From: an uncultured delta proteobacterium
GTDB taxonomy: Bacteria > Myxococcota_A > Polyangia > Fen-1088
Assembly (NCBI GenBank): GCA_963767925.1
Contig: CAVYGB010000002.1
Coordinates: forward strand, 1,280,001-1,344,000
Length of the DNA: 64,000 nucleotides
Reading direction: 5' to 3'
Positions 11,048 to 20,807 of the stretch are shown here, one piece after another. A program made the position numbers and the translations under genes. How positions within the stretch are numbered: position 1 is the first letter of the stretch; every line of letters starts with the position of its first letter. Under the pieces are notes generated by a model. It saw only the letters and a list, made by a program, of their open reading frames with translations, was not told the origin of the DNA and made no database searches.

Positions 11048-11883
11048 CCTCGGTGAAAGAAGCCTCCGGCGGGTCGTTGACCCGCGACGGCTCGACCCAC
11101 GTCGGCGAGCTGCGCCTGCGCCGCTTCCGCCTGGGTGAGCTGACCGGCGAGGAGCACCAGCAGGTGGCCCGCCACACCGGCGACTGCAGCGGCTGCCGAA
11201 CCCGCCTCGACGCCCTGGCCGACGAGCAGCGGGCCTTCGAGCACGAGATCCCCCTGGCCCGCTTCTCCGGAGGGGTCGAGCGCGCCGCCCGGGTCCCCCG
11301 CCCCGTCGCCCGCCCGCGCCGCCGCTGGCTGGCGGGCGCCCTCACCGCCGCGGCCGCCGCCGCCGGCCTGCTGCTGCTGTTCCGGCCGGCCGGCGAGGTC
11401 GACGGTGGCCGCAACCGGCTCAAGGGCGCGGGACCGCCGGTGGCGAGCATCCGCATCGCCGCCGCCGACGGCAGCACGCAGCGCTCGGCCCCCGCCGGGG
11501 TGAGCGTGCGCCTGTCGGCGGGCGAGCGGCTGCGCCTCGGCTACCGGGTGGCAGAGCCGGCCCACCTGGTGGTGCTGTCGCTCGACGACGCCGGCCACAT
11601 CACCCCCCTCTACCCGGAGCGGGGCACCAGCTTGCCGGTGGCGCCCCCCGCCGATCCCGCCGCCACCTTCGACTACCTCCCCGACAGCGTGGAGCTGACC
11701 GGAGCGGGGCGCGAGCGCGTCTTCCTGTTCCTCGCCAGCCGGCCCTTCCAGGTGGATGACGCGGCGGCCGCGACCCGGACCGCGTACCAGCGGTCGGGCC
11801 GCGGCGATCTCGGTAAGATGGAACCCCCCGGCCTGGCCTCGAGCCCGGCCGAGGTCTGGAGCTGGCTGTTCTTCAAGCCGTGA
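11044..11883 (+). CDS. Zinc-binding (ZAS-type) anti-sigma factor with TM helix and DUF4384-like periplasmic domain
   Basis: GTG start overlaps the sigma stop (GTGA). H...HTGDCSGC (HxxxCxxC), TM WLAGALTAAAAAAGLLLLF, C-terminal LSLDDAGHITPLYP..LPDSVELTG..ERVF. Confidence 0.82.
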   Translation: MTSVKEASGGSLTRDGSTHVGELRLRRFRLGELTGEEHQQVARHTGDCSGCRTRLDALADEQRAFEHEIPLARFSGGVERAARVPRPVARPRRRWLAGALTAAAAAAGLLLLFRPAGEVDGGRNRLKGAGPPVASIRIAAADGSTQRSAPAGVSVRLSAGERLRLGYRVAEPAHLVVLSLDDAGHITPLYPERGTSLPVAPPADPAATFDYLPDSVELTGAGRERVFLFLASRPFQVDDAAAATRTAYQRSGRGDLGKMEPPGLASSPAEVWSWLFFKP

Positions 11884-13499
11884 GCGCGCGCCGGTTCGTC
11901 TTCGCCGCTGTCCTGTTGCTCGCCGCCGGGCGGGTACAGGCGCAGCCGCAGCCGCAGTCGACCCTGCGCCGGTTCGCGCTCATCGCCGGCAACAACGAGG
12001 GCGGCCCCGATACCCGCCCGCTGCTCTACGCCACCGGCGACGCCCGCAAGATCCACGGCGTCCTCACCGAGCTCGGCGGGGTGGCCCCCGGCGACGCCGC
12101 CCTCCTGCTCGACGGCACCGCCGGCGACTTCCTCGGCGCCCTCGCCGCCCTCGAGGGCCGGGCCGCCCAGGCCGCCCGCCAGGGCCAGCGCACCAGCCTC
12201 ATCGTCTATTACTCCGGCCACGCCAAGGAGGGCGCCCTGCGCCTGGGCGGCAGCCGGGTCGATCTGGAGGCCCTCAAGCTGCGCCTGGCCGACGGCAGCC
12301 CGGCCCACGTCCGCATCGGCATCTTCGACGCCTGTCGGTCGGGCGTGGTCAACCGGACCAAGGGCGCGCGGCGGGGGCCCGGCTTCGAGATCCAGGCCGA
12401 CGGGGCCCACGACGCCCGCGGCCTGGTGCTGCTGACCTCCTCGAGCGCCGACGAGGACTCGCAGGAGTCGGACGCCATCGCCGGCAGCTACTTCTCGCAC
12501 CACCTGATGAGCGGGCTGCGCGGCAGCGCCGACCGCAGCGGCGACCGCCGGGTCACCCTGTCGGAGGCCTACGAATACGCCTACGCCCGCACCGTCGCCG
12601 AGACCGCGGAGACCGCCTCCGGCGCCCAGCACCCCACCTTCGACTACGACCTCAAGGGCAACGGCAACCTCGTGCTCTCCGAGCTCGGCAGCCGGGGCGA
12701 AGGCCTCTACCTGCCCGCCGGGGCGCCCGCCGGCATCTATTACCTGGTGGAGTCGGGGCGGGGCGTGGTGAGCGCCGAGGTGCTGAAGCTGGCCAACGTC
12801 GACCGGGTCATCGCCCTGTCGGCCGGGCGCTACCAGGTCAAGCGGCGGCTGCCCGATCGCCTGCGCCTGGGCCAGGTGCAGGTCCCGAGCGGACGGCTCG
12901 TCACCCTCGAGGAGGCGAGCCTGCGCGACGCCCCCTTCTCCGACGATCCGGTCAAGGGCGCCGCCGCCGACCTGTCCCGCCTGGGGATCGGGATGGGGGC
13001 CACCGTGCAGTCCTTCTTCGACGCCCCCACCCGGGCGGGGCTGTTCCCACCCACCGGCCTGCTCAGCGCCGAGCTCACCTTGCGCCACTTCTTCCGGCGC
13101 GACTGGGTGTGGGCCGTCGACCTGGCCGCCGGCAGCACCCGCGCCACCCTCGTGCGCGAGCCCTTCGGCGCCCGCCTCCCCTTCCGCTTCACCGAGCTCG
13201 ACCTCGGCAGCTCGCTGTTCGCCGAGTGGCCGTTGCTGGGCGGCCGGCTCACGCCCTTCTTCGGCGGGCGCCTCGCCTTCCTCCTCCTGCAGCGCACCTT
13301 CGAAGGGGAGGCCGCTGGCATCCCCGAGCAGCACCTGTCGACCTTCTCGCCGGGCCTGCTGGCGGGCCTGCGCTACCGCCTGGGCCTCGGCCTCAGCGTC
13401 GCCGCCCGGGCCCGCGTCCACTACCTCCTTTACAACGTCGACGAGAACCGCTCCCTGGGCTACTGGGAGCTGGCCGGCGTCGTCCTCTACGAGCTGTGA
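11880..13499 (+). CDS. Exported caspase-family (peptidase C14) protein with probable C-terminal outer-membrane beta-barrel
   Basis: Signal peptide (..VQA-Q). RRFALIAGNN, YYSGH (catalytic His), FDACRSG (catalytic Cys), SQES, SYFSHHL..GLRGSAD, QHP. The C-terminal amphipathic strands end in GVVLYEL. Confidence 0.88.
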   Translation: MSARRFVFAAVLLLAAGRVQAQPQPQSTLRRFALIAGNNEGGPDTRPLLYATGDARKIHGVLTELGGVAPGDAALLLDGTAGDFLGALAALEGRAAQAARQGQRTSLIVYYSGHAKEGALRLGGSRVDLEALKLRLADGSPAHVRIGIFDACRSGVVNRTKGARRGPGFEIQADGAHDARGLVLLTSSSADEDSQESDAIAGSYFSHHLMSGLRGSADRSGDRRVTLSEAYEYAYARTVAETAETASGAQHPTFDYDLKGNGNLVLSELGSRGEGLYLPAGAPAGIYYLVESGRGVVSAEVLKLANVDRVIALSAGRYQVKRRLPDRLRLGQVQVPSGRLVTLEEASLRDAPFSDDPVKGAAADLSRLGIGMGATVQSFFDAPTRAGLFPPTGLLSAELTLRHFFRRDWVWAVDLAAGSTRATLVREPFGARLPFRFTELDLGSSLFAEWPLLGGRLTPFFGGRLAFLLLQRTFEGEAAGIPEQHLSTFSPGLLAGLRYRLGLGLSVAARARVHYLLYNVDENRSLGYWELAGVVLYEL

Positions 13500-13509
13500 G
13501 GCCTCGACC

Positions 13510-14469
13510 ATGAACCTCCGCCACCTCCGCCCTGCCCCGCCGGCCGCCCGGGCCGCGCCGCCGGCTGTCTTCGCGATCGCCGTGGCTGTCGCCGTCGCTG
13601 TCACGGCCAGCGCCTGCGGCAACTACTCCAACGACGACCTCGACTTCCAGCTCGCCGTCCCCAAGCGCGAGGAGCTGGTGGCCAAGCTGCCCACCCAGGC
13701 GCTGGTCACCCCCGAGGCCACCGCCGAATATTACCGAGCCACCCGCGAGGGGGCCGTCAACTTCAACAACGCCGTCGTCGAGCTGACCGCCCTGGTGGAC
13801 GACGTGCGCGTGTTGCCCCCCTCCGGCCGCGACGGCGACGAGCGCACCTGGGGCCCGTTTCGCCACCGGCTCGATCGCGACTGGGAGATCCGCCTGCGCA
13901 TGGCTCGCGCCCCCCAGGCTGGCGAGCCCGGCTTCCGCTACGTCTTCGAGTTCCACCGGGTAGGAGCGCCCGCCAGCCCCTGGCAGCCGCTGCTGAGTGG
14001 AGCCTTCGGCCTCGGCCGGGGACACGGCGAGCTGGTCCTCGATCTCGCCCAGGCCCGCCGCAGCGGCTATCCCGTGGCGGAGTTCAAGGACCTGCAACGC
14101 CTGACCCTGCGCTACCAGCGGCGCCAGCCCCCCTTCACGGTCGAGCTCGCGCTCGAGACGGTGGCCGAGAGCCCCGACCCCGAGGCGACCTACCGCTACG
14201 CCGAGAACCCCGACGGCTCGGGCAGCCTGTCGTTCGTCTGGCGCCTGCGCGACAACCTGCTGGCCCAGGCCGCCGAGATCCGCAGCCGCTGGAACCCCGC
14301 CGGCGCCGGCCGCGCCGACGCCCGCATCGTCGAGGGCCTGGCCGCCATGGGCAACGCGCTGGGCATCGACTGCTGGGGCCCCGACGGCCGCGCCACGTAT
14401 GTCTTGCGCGAATACGGCATGCGCCGCGAGGAAGGCGCCCCCACGAGCTGCGTCTTTCAGGGTTTCTAG
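13510..14469 (+). CDS. Hypothetical lipoprotein (paralog of 9443-10468)
   Basis: Lipobox TASAC. Motifs PPS..GD..WGP, SRW...GAGR.D, CW, CVF shared with 9443-10468. Confidence 0.8.
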   Translation: MNLRHLRPAPPAARAAPPAVFAIAVAVAVAVTASACGNYSNDDLDFQLAVPKREELVAKLPTQALVTPEATAEYYRATREGAVNFNNAVVELTALVDDVRVLPPSGRDGDERTWGPFRHRLDRDWEIRLRMARAPQAGEPGFRYVFEFHRVGAPASPWQPLLSGAFGLGRGHGELVLDLAQARRSGYPVAEFKDLQRLTLRYQRRQPPFTVELALETVAESPDPEATYRYAENPDGSGSLSFVWRLRDNLLAQAAEIRSRWNPAGAGRADARIVEGLAAMGNALGIDCWGPDGRATYVLREYGMRREEGAPTSCVFQGF

Positions 14470-14486
14470 CGCACCGGAAGGTCTGA

Positions 14487-14668
14487 CCGGAGACCCCTCA
14501 CCCCTCCCTCTCCCCGCTGCGCGGGGCGAGGGCGAACGGACAACGGGGTGCAGAGATCTCCAACGCGTCCGCCCTGGATTGCCCGCTCGGACGATGAGCG
14601 GGGCTCCTCGCCAGGTGTTCGCCCTCGCCCCGCGGCAGCGGGGTACAGGGAGGGGTGAGGGGCTCCGG
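14487..14668. repeat. Long inverted repeat of BoxC/REP-like elements between convergent genes
   Basis: cccctcacccctccctctccccgctgcgcggggcgagggcgaac (14494-14537) versus gttcgccctcgccccgcggcagcggggtacagggaggggtgagggg (14617-14662). Confidence 0.85.
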
Positions 14669-14703
14669 CGTGCGCTGGCGGGAGCCTTCGTCTCTGACCA
14701 GCG

Positions 14704-16221
14704 CTACTTCACGCGGTTGTCGACGATCGCCCGCAAGACCCGCGTATCGAAGGGCTTCTCCAGCCGCGGGCTCGTGCTCTGCTCGAGGAAGCGACGGGCC
14801 GCCACCGTGAACGCACCCCCCGTCAGGAAGATCATCCGACCCGCCTGCTCGGGCAGCTCCACCTGCAGCACCTGGTGCAGGTCCATCCCGGTCATCTGCG
14901 GCATCATCAGATCGCAGAAGATGACGTCGTACCGCTCGCCCGCCCGCAGCCAGGCCAGCGCCTCGGCCGCCCGGGTGGTGGTGACCACCTCGTGGGCCGG
15001 GGCCAGCGTCCGGGCGATCGCGCTGTTGATGGTCGGCTCATCGTCCACCACCAGCACCCTCCCGCGCCGGCGGGCCTCGTCGGGCGCCTTCGGCTCAGCG
15101 ACAACCTTGGGGGCGGCCGGCAGCCGTAGCTGCACGATCAGCCGACCGGGGAGGGTCTCGACGTCGAGCTGTCCCCCCAGGTGCTGCAGGAGCCCGCGCC
15201 CCACCCGCAGCCCCGCCGGACCCGCTTCCGGGCCCGACCCGGCAAAGCCGGTGAACAGGCGCAGGTCGGGCGGATCGGGCAGGTCGGGCCCGCTGCCCGC
15301 GATCTCGACCAGGACCCGCCCCGCCCCGTCGTGGCGGGTCGACAGCCGGATGAGGTTGTCGCAGGTGCGGTCGGGGCTCAGCGAGCGCGCCATCCCCAGG
15401 AGGAAGTTGAAGAGGATCTGCCCCAGGCTCGGTGCGTTCGCGAGCACCTGCGGCACCTGGCGGTAGTCCCGCTCGAGCCGGGCCCGGTGGCGGATCTCGT
15501 GGCCGGCCAGCCGCACGCAGCCGTCCAGCAGCACCTCGACGTCGAGGGCCCGCAGCCGATCCGCCTCCCGGGCGGAGAACGCCCCCAGGTCGCGCACGAG
15601 CTGGCGCACCCGTTCGGTGGCCTCGCGGGCCGATCGCAGATCTTCGGCCAGCTCGGCGGTCTGGAAGGGACCCGGGCTGCCCCCGCGCCCTGCCGCCCCC
15701 GCCACCCGGTTGCTCGCCATCTCCAGGCTGGTCACCGCCGCCGCCAGGGGATTGTTGATCTCGTGCACCACCCCCTCGACCAGCAGGCCCACCGCCGTGA
15801 TCCGGTCGGGCGTCGGGGCGGACCGGCCGCGGCCCCGTTCGGTCACGTCCTCGGCGAAGCAGACCACCGCGCCCAGCGCCGGGTCGGCCAGCCGGTTGAC
15901 CAGCCGGACCTCGAAGGTGCGGCGGTCACCGCTGCCGTGCTGGCCGAGGAGCTGGGCGCTCTCGGACCCCTCGGGTGCCTGTCCGGACAGGCAAGCCCCC
16001 AGCAACCGGGCGAACCCATCGGCGTCCCTCGAGCCGAGGCAGTCGACGAGGCTCTTGCCCTGGCAGTCGCCAACCGGCCGCCCGAGCTGACGCTCGAGGG
16101 CGCCGCCGATGTGGGTCACCCGGCCGTCCCGATCGAGCAGCGCCACCACCTGGGGACTGCTCTCGATCATCGCCCGGAACCGCTGCTCGCTGGCCCCCGG
16201 TATCACGTCATGCGCCTTCAC
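14704..16221 (-). CDS. PAS-HisKA-(degenerate HATPase)-receiver hybrid sensor protein
   Basis: N-terminal PAS (SEQRFRAMIE..). H-box HEINNPL. Receiver LVVDDE/FCDLMMP/FLTG/EKPF. Confidence 0.88.
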   Translation of the reverse strand: MKAHDVIPGASEQRFRAMIESSPQVVALLDRDGRVTHIGGALERQLGRPVGDCQGKSLVDCLGSRDADGFARLLGACLSGQAPEGSESAQLLGQHGSGDRRTFEVRLVNRLADPALGAVVCFAEDVTERGRGRSAPTPDRITAVGLLVEGVVHEINNPLAAAVTSLEMASNRVAGAAGRGGSPGPFQTAELAEDLRSAREATERVRQLVRDLGAFSAREADRLRALDVEVLLDGCVRLAGHEIRHRARLERDYRQVPQVLANAPSLGQILFNFLLGMARSLSPDRTCDNLIRLSTRHDGAGRVLVEIAGSGPDLPDPPDLRLFTGFAGSGPEAGPAGLRVGRGLLQHLGGQLDVETLPGRLIVQLRLPAAPKVVAEPKAPDEARRRGRVLVVDDEPTINSAIARTLAPAHEVVTTTRAAEALAWLRAGERYDVIFCDLMMPQMTGMDLHQVLQVELPEQAGRMIFLTGGAFTVAARRFLEQSTSPRLEKPFDTRVLRAIVDNRVK

Positions 16222-16473
16222 GACCGGTCGGGCGCCGGACCGCCCGCGACGGGCGCCAGGGGGCGAGGCCTGCGGCCTGATTGGAGGTTCGGGCGGGAGC
16301 TTTCACCATGGATGCGGGTTCCGGGACGGCTGTTGACGAATGGCCGCGCATCCTAATGGCACGCTGTCGGGATCTGATTCAGTATTCCGCTGACTCGGTT
16401 GTCAGTGTTCGTCCTACTTAAATAATCCCCAAAAGCCGACTCCGGTATGACCGCCAGCCCCACAAACGGGTAT

Positions 16474-17118
16474 TCATTCCACCAGCCCGGCGCGCAAGGC
16501 GTAGCCCATGAGCTGGGCGGTGGTGCGCATGCGCATTTTCTCCAGAATGCGGGCCCGGTACGTGCTGATGGTCTTCTCGCTCAGGCGCAGCTCGGCCGCG
16601 ATCTCCTTGACCGTCTGGCCGGTGGCCAGCAAGCGCAGCACCTGGTGCTCGCGGGTCGACAGCAGCTCGTGCGCCGCCCGCGCCCCCTTGGCCAGGCCGG
16701 CCGCCAGGCTCTCGGCCACGTCGGCGCTCATGTAGCGGCCACCGACCAGGACCTTCTTGGCCGCCGCCAGCAGCTCCTCGGCGGTGTTCTCCTTGGTGAT
16801 GTAGCCCACTGCCCCCGCGCGGAAGGCCCGCACGGTGTAGGCCCCTTCCCCCTGCACCCCCAGCATCAACACCCGCAGGCCCGGCCGCAGCCGGGTGGCG
16901 TCCTTGAGCAGGTCGAAGCCGCCCCGGCCCGGCAGCGAGACGTCCACCACCACGAGGTCCCAGGCGCCGGTCCGGATGAGCTGCAGCGCCTCGACCGAGG
17001 TCCCTGCCTCGCCGAAGGTGACTGTCCCCAGGCCCTCGGCGAACACCTGGCGCAGTCCCCGCCTGACGACGGCGTGGTCATCCACCAGCAATATTCGCAA
17101 ACGGGACACCCCGCTCAT
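16474..17118 (-). CDS. NarL/FixJ-family response regulator (REC + LuxR HTH)
   Basis: ILLVDDHAVVRRGL, VVDVSLP, LSTREHQVLRLL, LSEKTISTYRARILEKM. Confidence 0.93.
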   Translation of the reverse strand: MSGVSRLRILLVDDHAVVRRGLRQVFAEGLGTVTFGEAGTSVEALQLIRTGAWDLVVVDVSLPGRGGFDLLKDATRLRPGLRVLMLGVQGEGAYTVRAFRAGAVGYITKENTAEELLAAAKKVLVGGRYMSADVAESLAAGLAKGARAAHELLSTREHQVLRLLATGQTVKEIAAELRLSEKTISTYRARILEKMRMRTTAQLMGYALRAGLVE

Positions 17119-17383
17119 GCGCTGGTCGCACCTCCCCTCTCGACCCGCCGCTGGAAAAACCGCGAGCCCTGCCTGTAGACCCCTTCGTTGTCGTCTACCG
17201 ATATGTGCCGGCTGACCGAGTGGGTTCCGAGACCCATCCTCCCGCTCCGGGTCGTTGCAGACCGGAACCCCTGTTGTTGTTGCCGGCAGGACCGGCGGAC
17301 GCGTTGGGCCTAGATCAATCGAAAGTGTCGACTTTGTCGAGCACTGTTACGCGGAAGTGTCCGCCGGCGTTTGCCCAGGCACG

Positions 17384-18241
17384 TCAACGCTGACAACGGG
17401 GGCAGAAGAACGTCGAGCGCGCAGCATCCACCCGCCGGCGAATGTACGCGCCGCAGGCGGCGCAAGGTTTTCCCTCGCGACCGTATACGAGCAAAGCAGC
17501 GGAATTTTCCCCGGGCGTGCCGTCAGCATCGACGTAGTCCCGTAACGTGGTGCCACGATTGGTGATCCCCTGCTCGAGCACGGTGCGGATGGCATCGAAC
17601 AGGGCGTTTGCCCGGGCCCGGGTTCGCAGGGCCGGTGTGCTCGGGGCAACACCGGCCCGGAACAGCGCCTCACACACGTAGATGTTGCCCAGGCCGGCGA
17701 CCCGCCGCTGATCCAGCAGGAAGCTCTTGATGGGCGCGCGGCTGGTGGCGAGCGCGGCGATGAAGGCGGGGGCATCGAGCTCGCTGAGCGGGTCGGGCCC
17801 CAGCTCGGCCAGCTCGGGCACCGTGGACAGATCGCGGGCCGCGCCCACCCAGCCGAACCGGCGGGGGTCGACGAAGCGCAGGTCGAGCGGCCGCGCGCGC
17901 GCCGTCTCCAGCTTCCACACGAGGTGCGTGTGGGGGGCGCGGGGCGCGTCCGCCTCGACGATCTGCAGGCGTCCGGTCATCCCCAGGTGCACGACGACGC
18001 CGGGGCCCGACCCGTGGGCTGCGCCGCTGCGTGGCTCGCCGAGGTCGAGGATGAGATATTTCCCCCGCCGGCGAACCGCCTGCACCGAAGCGCCCACCGA
18101 CAGCCGCCGGATCGCCGCCACGTCGGGCGGGCGTCCCAGGCGCAGGGGGAGACGGCTCCACCAGAAGCTGGCGAGCGAGGCGCCCACCAGGCGCCCGCGC
18201 AAGGAACGAACCAGGGTCTCGACCTCGGGCAGCTCAGGCAT
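17384..18241 (-). CDS. mutM: Formamidopyrimidine-DNA glycosylase
   Basis: MPELPEVET, RRGKY, HLGMTG, DPRRFG, AGLGNIY, C-terminal zinc finger CAAC..FCPRCQ. Confidence 0.97.
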   Translation of the reverse strand: MPELPEVETLVRSLRGRLVGASLASFWWSRLPLRLGRPPDVAAIRRLSVGASVQAVRRRGKYLILDLGEPRSGAAHGSGPGVVVHLGMTGRLQIVEADAPRAPHTHLVWKLETARARPLDLRFVDPRRFGWVGAARDLSTVPELAELGPDPLSELDAPAFIAALATSRAPIKSFLLDQRRVAGLGNIYVCEALFRAGVAPSTPALRTRARANALFDAIRTVLEQGITNRGTTLRDYVDADGTPGENSAALLVYGREGKPCAACGAYIRRRVDAARSTFFCPRCQR

Positions 18242-18448
18242 GGCGGTGACTCCGGAAAGGGTCGCCGGCGGAACGCGGGACGGGGCCGGGGTGGCCGGCG
18301 GGACGCGAGGGCCACGGCGGGGTTGCGGGCGGAACGAGAGACGAGGCGGTCGTGGCCGGCGAGAGGCGAGGCCGGGCGGGGGCCGCGGGCGGAGGCTGTC
18401 GGGCGGGCACGGCGCGCGCGGGGCGGGGGCCGGGCGCGGGCAGCGGGT

Positions 18449-19345
18449 TCATTCGATCACCTCGGTGGGGGCCGGCGGGGGCGGCGGTCCTCCGTCAGCC
18501 GCCAGGGCGTTGGCCAGGGCGGCCAGGTCCTCGATCGACAGCTCCTCGCCGCGACGGGTGCCGTCGACGCCGGCGGCCCGCAGAGCCGCCTGCAGGCGGG
18601 GCGCGCCGAAGGAAGGCTCGAGCGCCCGGCGCAACATCTTGCGGCGGCCGCCGAAGGCCGCGCGCACCACTTCCGCGAACACCGCCGGCGACTGCATGGG
18701 GGCCCGCGGTTGCGCGCGCGGGACCAGGCGGAACACGGTGGACGCGACGGTGGGGGGCGGGAGGAAGGACCCCGCCCCCACGTGGAACAGCAAGCTCACC
18801 TCGGCGAGCTGCTGCACCATCACCGAGAGGCGGCCGTAGATCTTGCCCCCGGGCGGGGCGGTGATCCGCTCGGCCACCTCCCGCTGGACCATGAAGACCG
18901 CGCGGGCAATGGCCGCGCCGCTGGCCGCCGCCTCGAGCACATGGAACAGCAACGGCGTCGTGATCTGGTAGGGCAGGTTCCCCACCACCACCAGCGGGCG
19001 CCCGGCCCGCGCGGCGGCGCCGGCGAGGTCGAAGGTGAGCGCGTCGGCCAGCGTGACCTCGACGCCGGGGTGGTCACCGAGCTCCGCCCGCAGCACCCCC
19101 ACCAGGTCGGGGTCGCGCTCGACCGCGACGACCCGCCCGGCGGGAACGGCGGCGGCCAGGCCGCGGGTCAGCGCCCCCAGCCCCGCGCCGATCTCGACCA
19201 CCACGTCGGACGGGTCGAGCTGGGCGGCCTGCACGATCCGCTCGGCCGCGCGGCGATCGGAGAGAAAGTTCTGCCCCCAGCTCTTCTTGGGGCGCAGCCC
19301 GTGGCGCGCGAGCAGGGCCCCAGCCCCGGGAGCCTCTCCCGTCAT
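18449..19345 (-). CDS. rsmA: 16S rRNA (adenine1518/1519-N6)-dimethyltransferase
   Basis: KKSWGQNFL, EIGAGLGALT, GNLPYQIT, MVQREVAERI, YGRLSV, RRKML. Confidence 0.96.
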   Translation of the reverse strand: MTGEAPGAGALLARHGLRPKKSWGQNFLSDRRAAERIVQAAQLDPSDVVVEIGAGLGALTRGLAAAVPAGRVVAVERDPDLVGVLRAELGDHPGVEVTLADALTFDLAGAAARAGRPLVVVGNLPYQITTPLLFHVLEAAASGAAIARAVFMVQREVAERITAPPGGKIYGRLSVMVQQLAEVSLLFHVGAGSFLPPPTVASTVFRLVPRAQPRAPMQSPAVFAEVVRAAFGGRRKMLRRALEPSFGAPRLQAALRAAGVDGTRRGEELSIEDLAALANALAADGGPPPPPAPTEVIE

Positions 19346-19445
19346 CGCCGCCGCGGCGAACGCCGCCTGCCAGCCATCACAACCCGCAGCCCCCGATGGA
19401 CCGCCCGCACCGGCCAGCCCGGCCGCCCCGTTTCCATCCCCGCCG

Positions 19446-20492
19446 TCACAGCGGCAACCCCGGGTCGACCGCCAGCTCGAGCGAGGCGTGGCGGCCCAGG
19501 CGCAGCAGCTCCGTCCCGGCCGCGGCGATCATGGCGGCGTTGTCGGTGCACAGCCGCGGCGGCGGGATGTGCAGCGCGAACCCGTCCTCCCGGGCAGCCG
19601 CCGCCAGCCCCGCCCGCAACCCGCGGTTCGCCGCCACGCCGCCACACACAACCAGGGCCCCCAGCCCCTGGAGCTGGAGCGCCCGGCGCGACTTGCGGAC
19701 CAGCACGTCCACCACCGCCGCCTGGAAGCTCGCACAGACGTCGGCGAGCGCCGGCCCCTCGGGCGCGGGTCGCTCGCGCAGGAAGGTCGCCAGCGCCGTC
19801 TTGAGCCCGGAGAAGGAGAAGTCGAGATCGTCGCGGCGGGCGAGCGCGCGGGGAAAGTCGTGGGCCTGCGCGTTCCCGGTCGCGGCCAGCCGATCGATGG
19901 CGACGCCGCCCGGATACCCGAGCCCGAGCAGCTTGGCCACCTTGTCGAAGGCCTCGCCGGCCGCGTCGTCGCGGGTGGCCCCGAGCAGGCGGACGTCGAC
20001 CGGCCCGCCGCAGCGGAGCAACATGGTGTGCCCGCCCGACACGAGCAGGGCGACGTGGGGATAAGGCGGCGGCCCGCCTGGCGCCCCGCCGTCCCCCGGC
20101 CCTCCCACCCGGACGTGCCCCTCCGCCTCGATGAAGGCCGCCGCCAGGTGCCCCGCCAGGTGGTTCACGCCGACCACCGGCTTGCCGAGCGCGTACCCGA
20201 GCGACTTGGCCACCTCGACCCCCACCAGCAACGCCCCCACCAGCCCCGGCCCGGAGGTCACCGCCAGCCCGTCGAGGTCCGCCAGCTTCACGCCCGCCCG
20301 CGCCACCGCCTCCCGCACCACCGGGACCACCGTCGCCAGGTGCTGCCGAGACGCCACCTCCGGCACCACCCCCCCGTACTGCGCATGCACCAGCACCTGC
20401 GACGCGACGACATCCGACCGCACCCGCCGCCCATCCTCGAGGACCGCAGCCCCCGTCTCATCACAAGACGTCTCAATCCCGAGCACCAACAT
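19446..20492 (-). CDS. tsaD: tRNA N6-adenosine threonylcarbamoyltransferase
   Basis: MLVLGIETSCDET, YGGVVPEVASRQH, GPGLVGAL, NHLAGH, VSGGHT, DDAAGEAFDK, FSFSGLKT, GGVAAN, TDNAAMI. Confidence 0.97.
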   Translation of the reverse strand: MLVLGIETSCDETGAAVLEDGRRVRSDVVASQVLVHAQYGGVVPEVASRQHLATVVPVVREAVARAGVKLADLDGLAVTSGPGLVGALLVGVEVAKSLGYALGKPVVGVNHLAGHLAAAFIEAEGHVRVGGPGDGGAPGGPPPYPHVALLVSGGHTMLLRCGGPVDVRLLGATRDDAAGEAFDKVAKLLGLGYPGGVAIDRLAATGNAQAHDFPRALARRDDLDFSFSGLKTALATFLRERPAPEGPALADVCASFQAAVVDVLVRKSRRALQLQGLGALVVCGGVAANRGLRAGLAAAAREDGFALHIPPPRLCTDNAAMIAAAGTELLRLGRHASLELAVDPGLPL

Positions 20493-20807
20493 CTGGGCCG
20501 GCCAATCTTCCTCATCCGCCGCCCCGACGCCAGCGGGATGGTTGGGGGGCGTCGTTACCAGGAGGCCGGACGGTGCCGGAGTAGGCCGCCTGCCGGACAG
20601 CCCCCGACGAGCCGGGTCGCGGGCGGCGCCCGGTCGGCCAAAGGCACCGCTTCCCTGCTTCGCCTTTCCAATGCTACGGCCCGGGCGGACCGGCCACGGT
20701 ACGGCACGACCTCGGAGCCCCACCCGCTCCGCTCGCTGCCCTCGTGAACCGGGTTTGCGGTGCCGGGGTAGGCGCAACGCTGTGCGCAGGCAACCCCCTG
20801 CCCGTTT

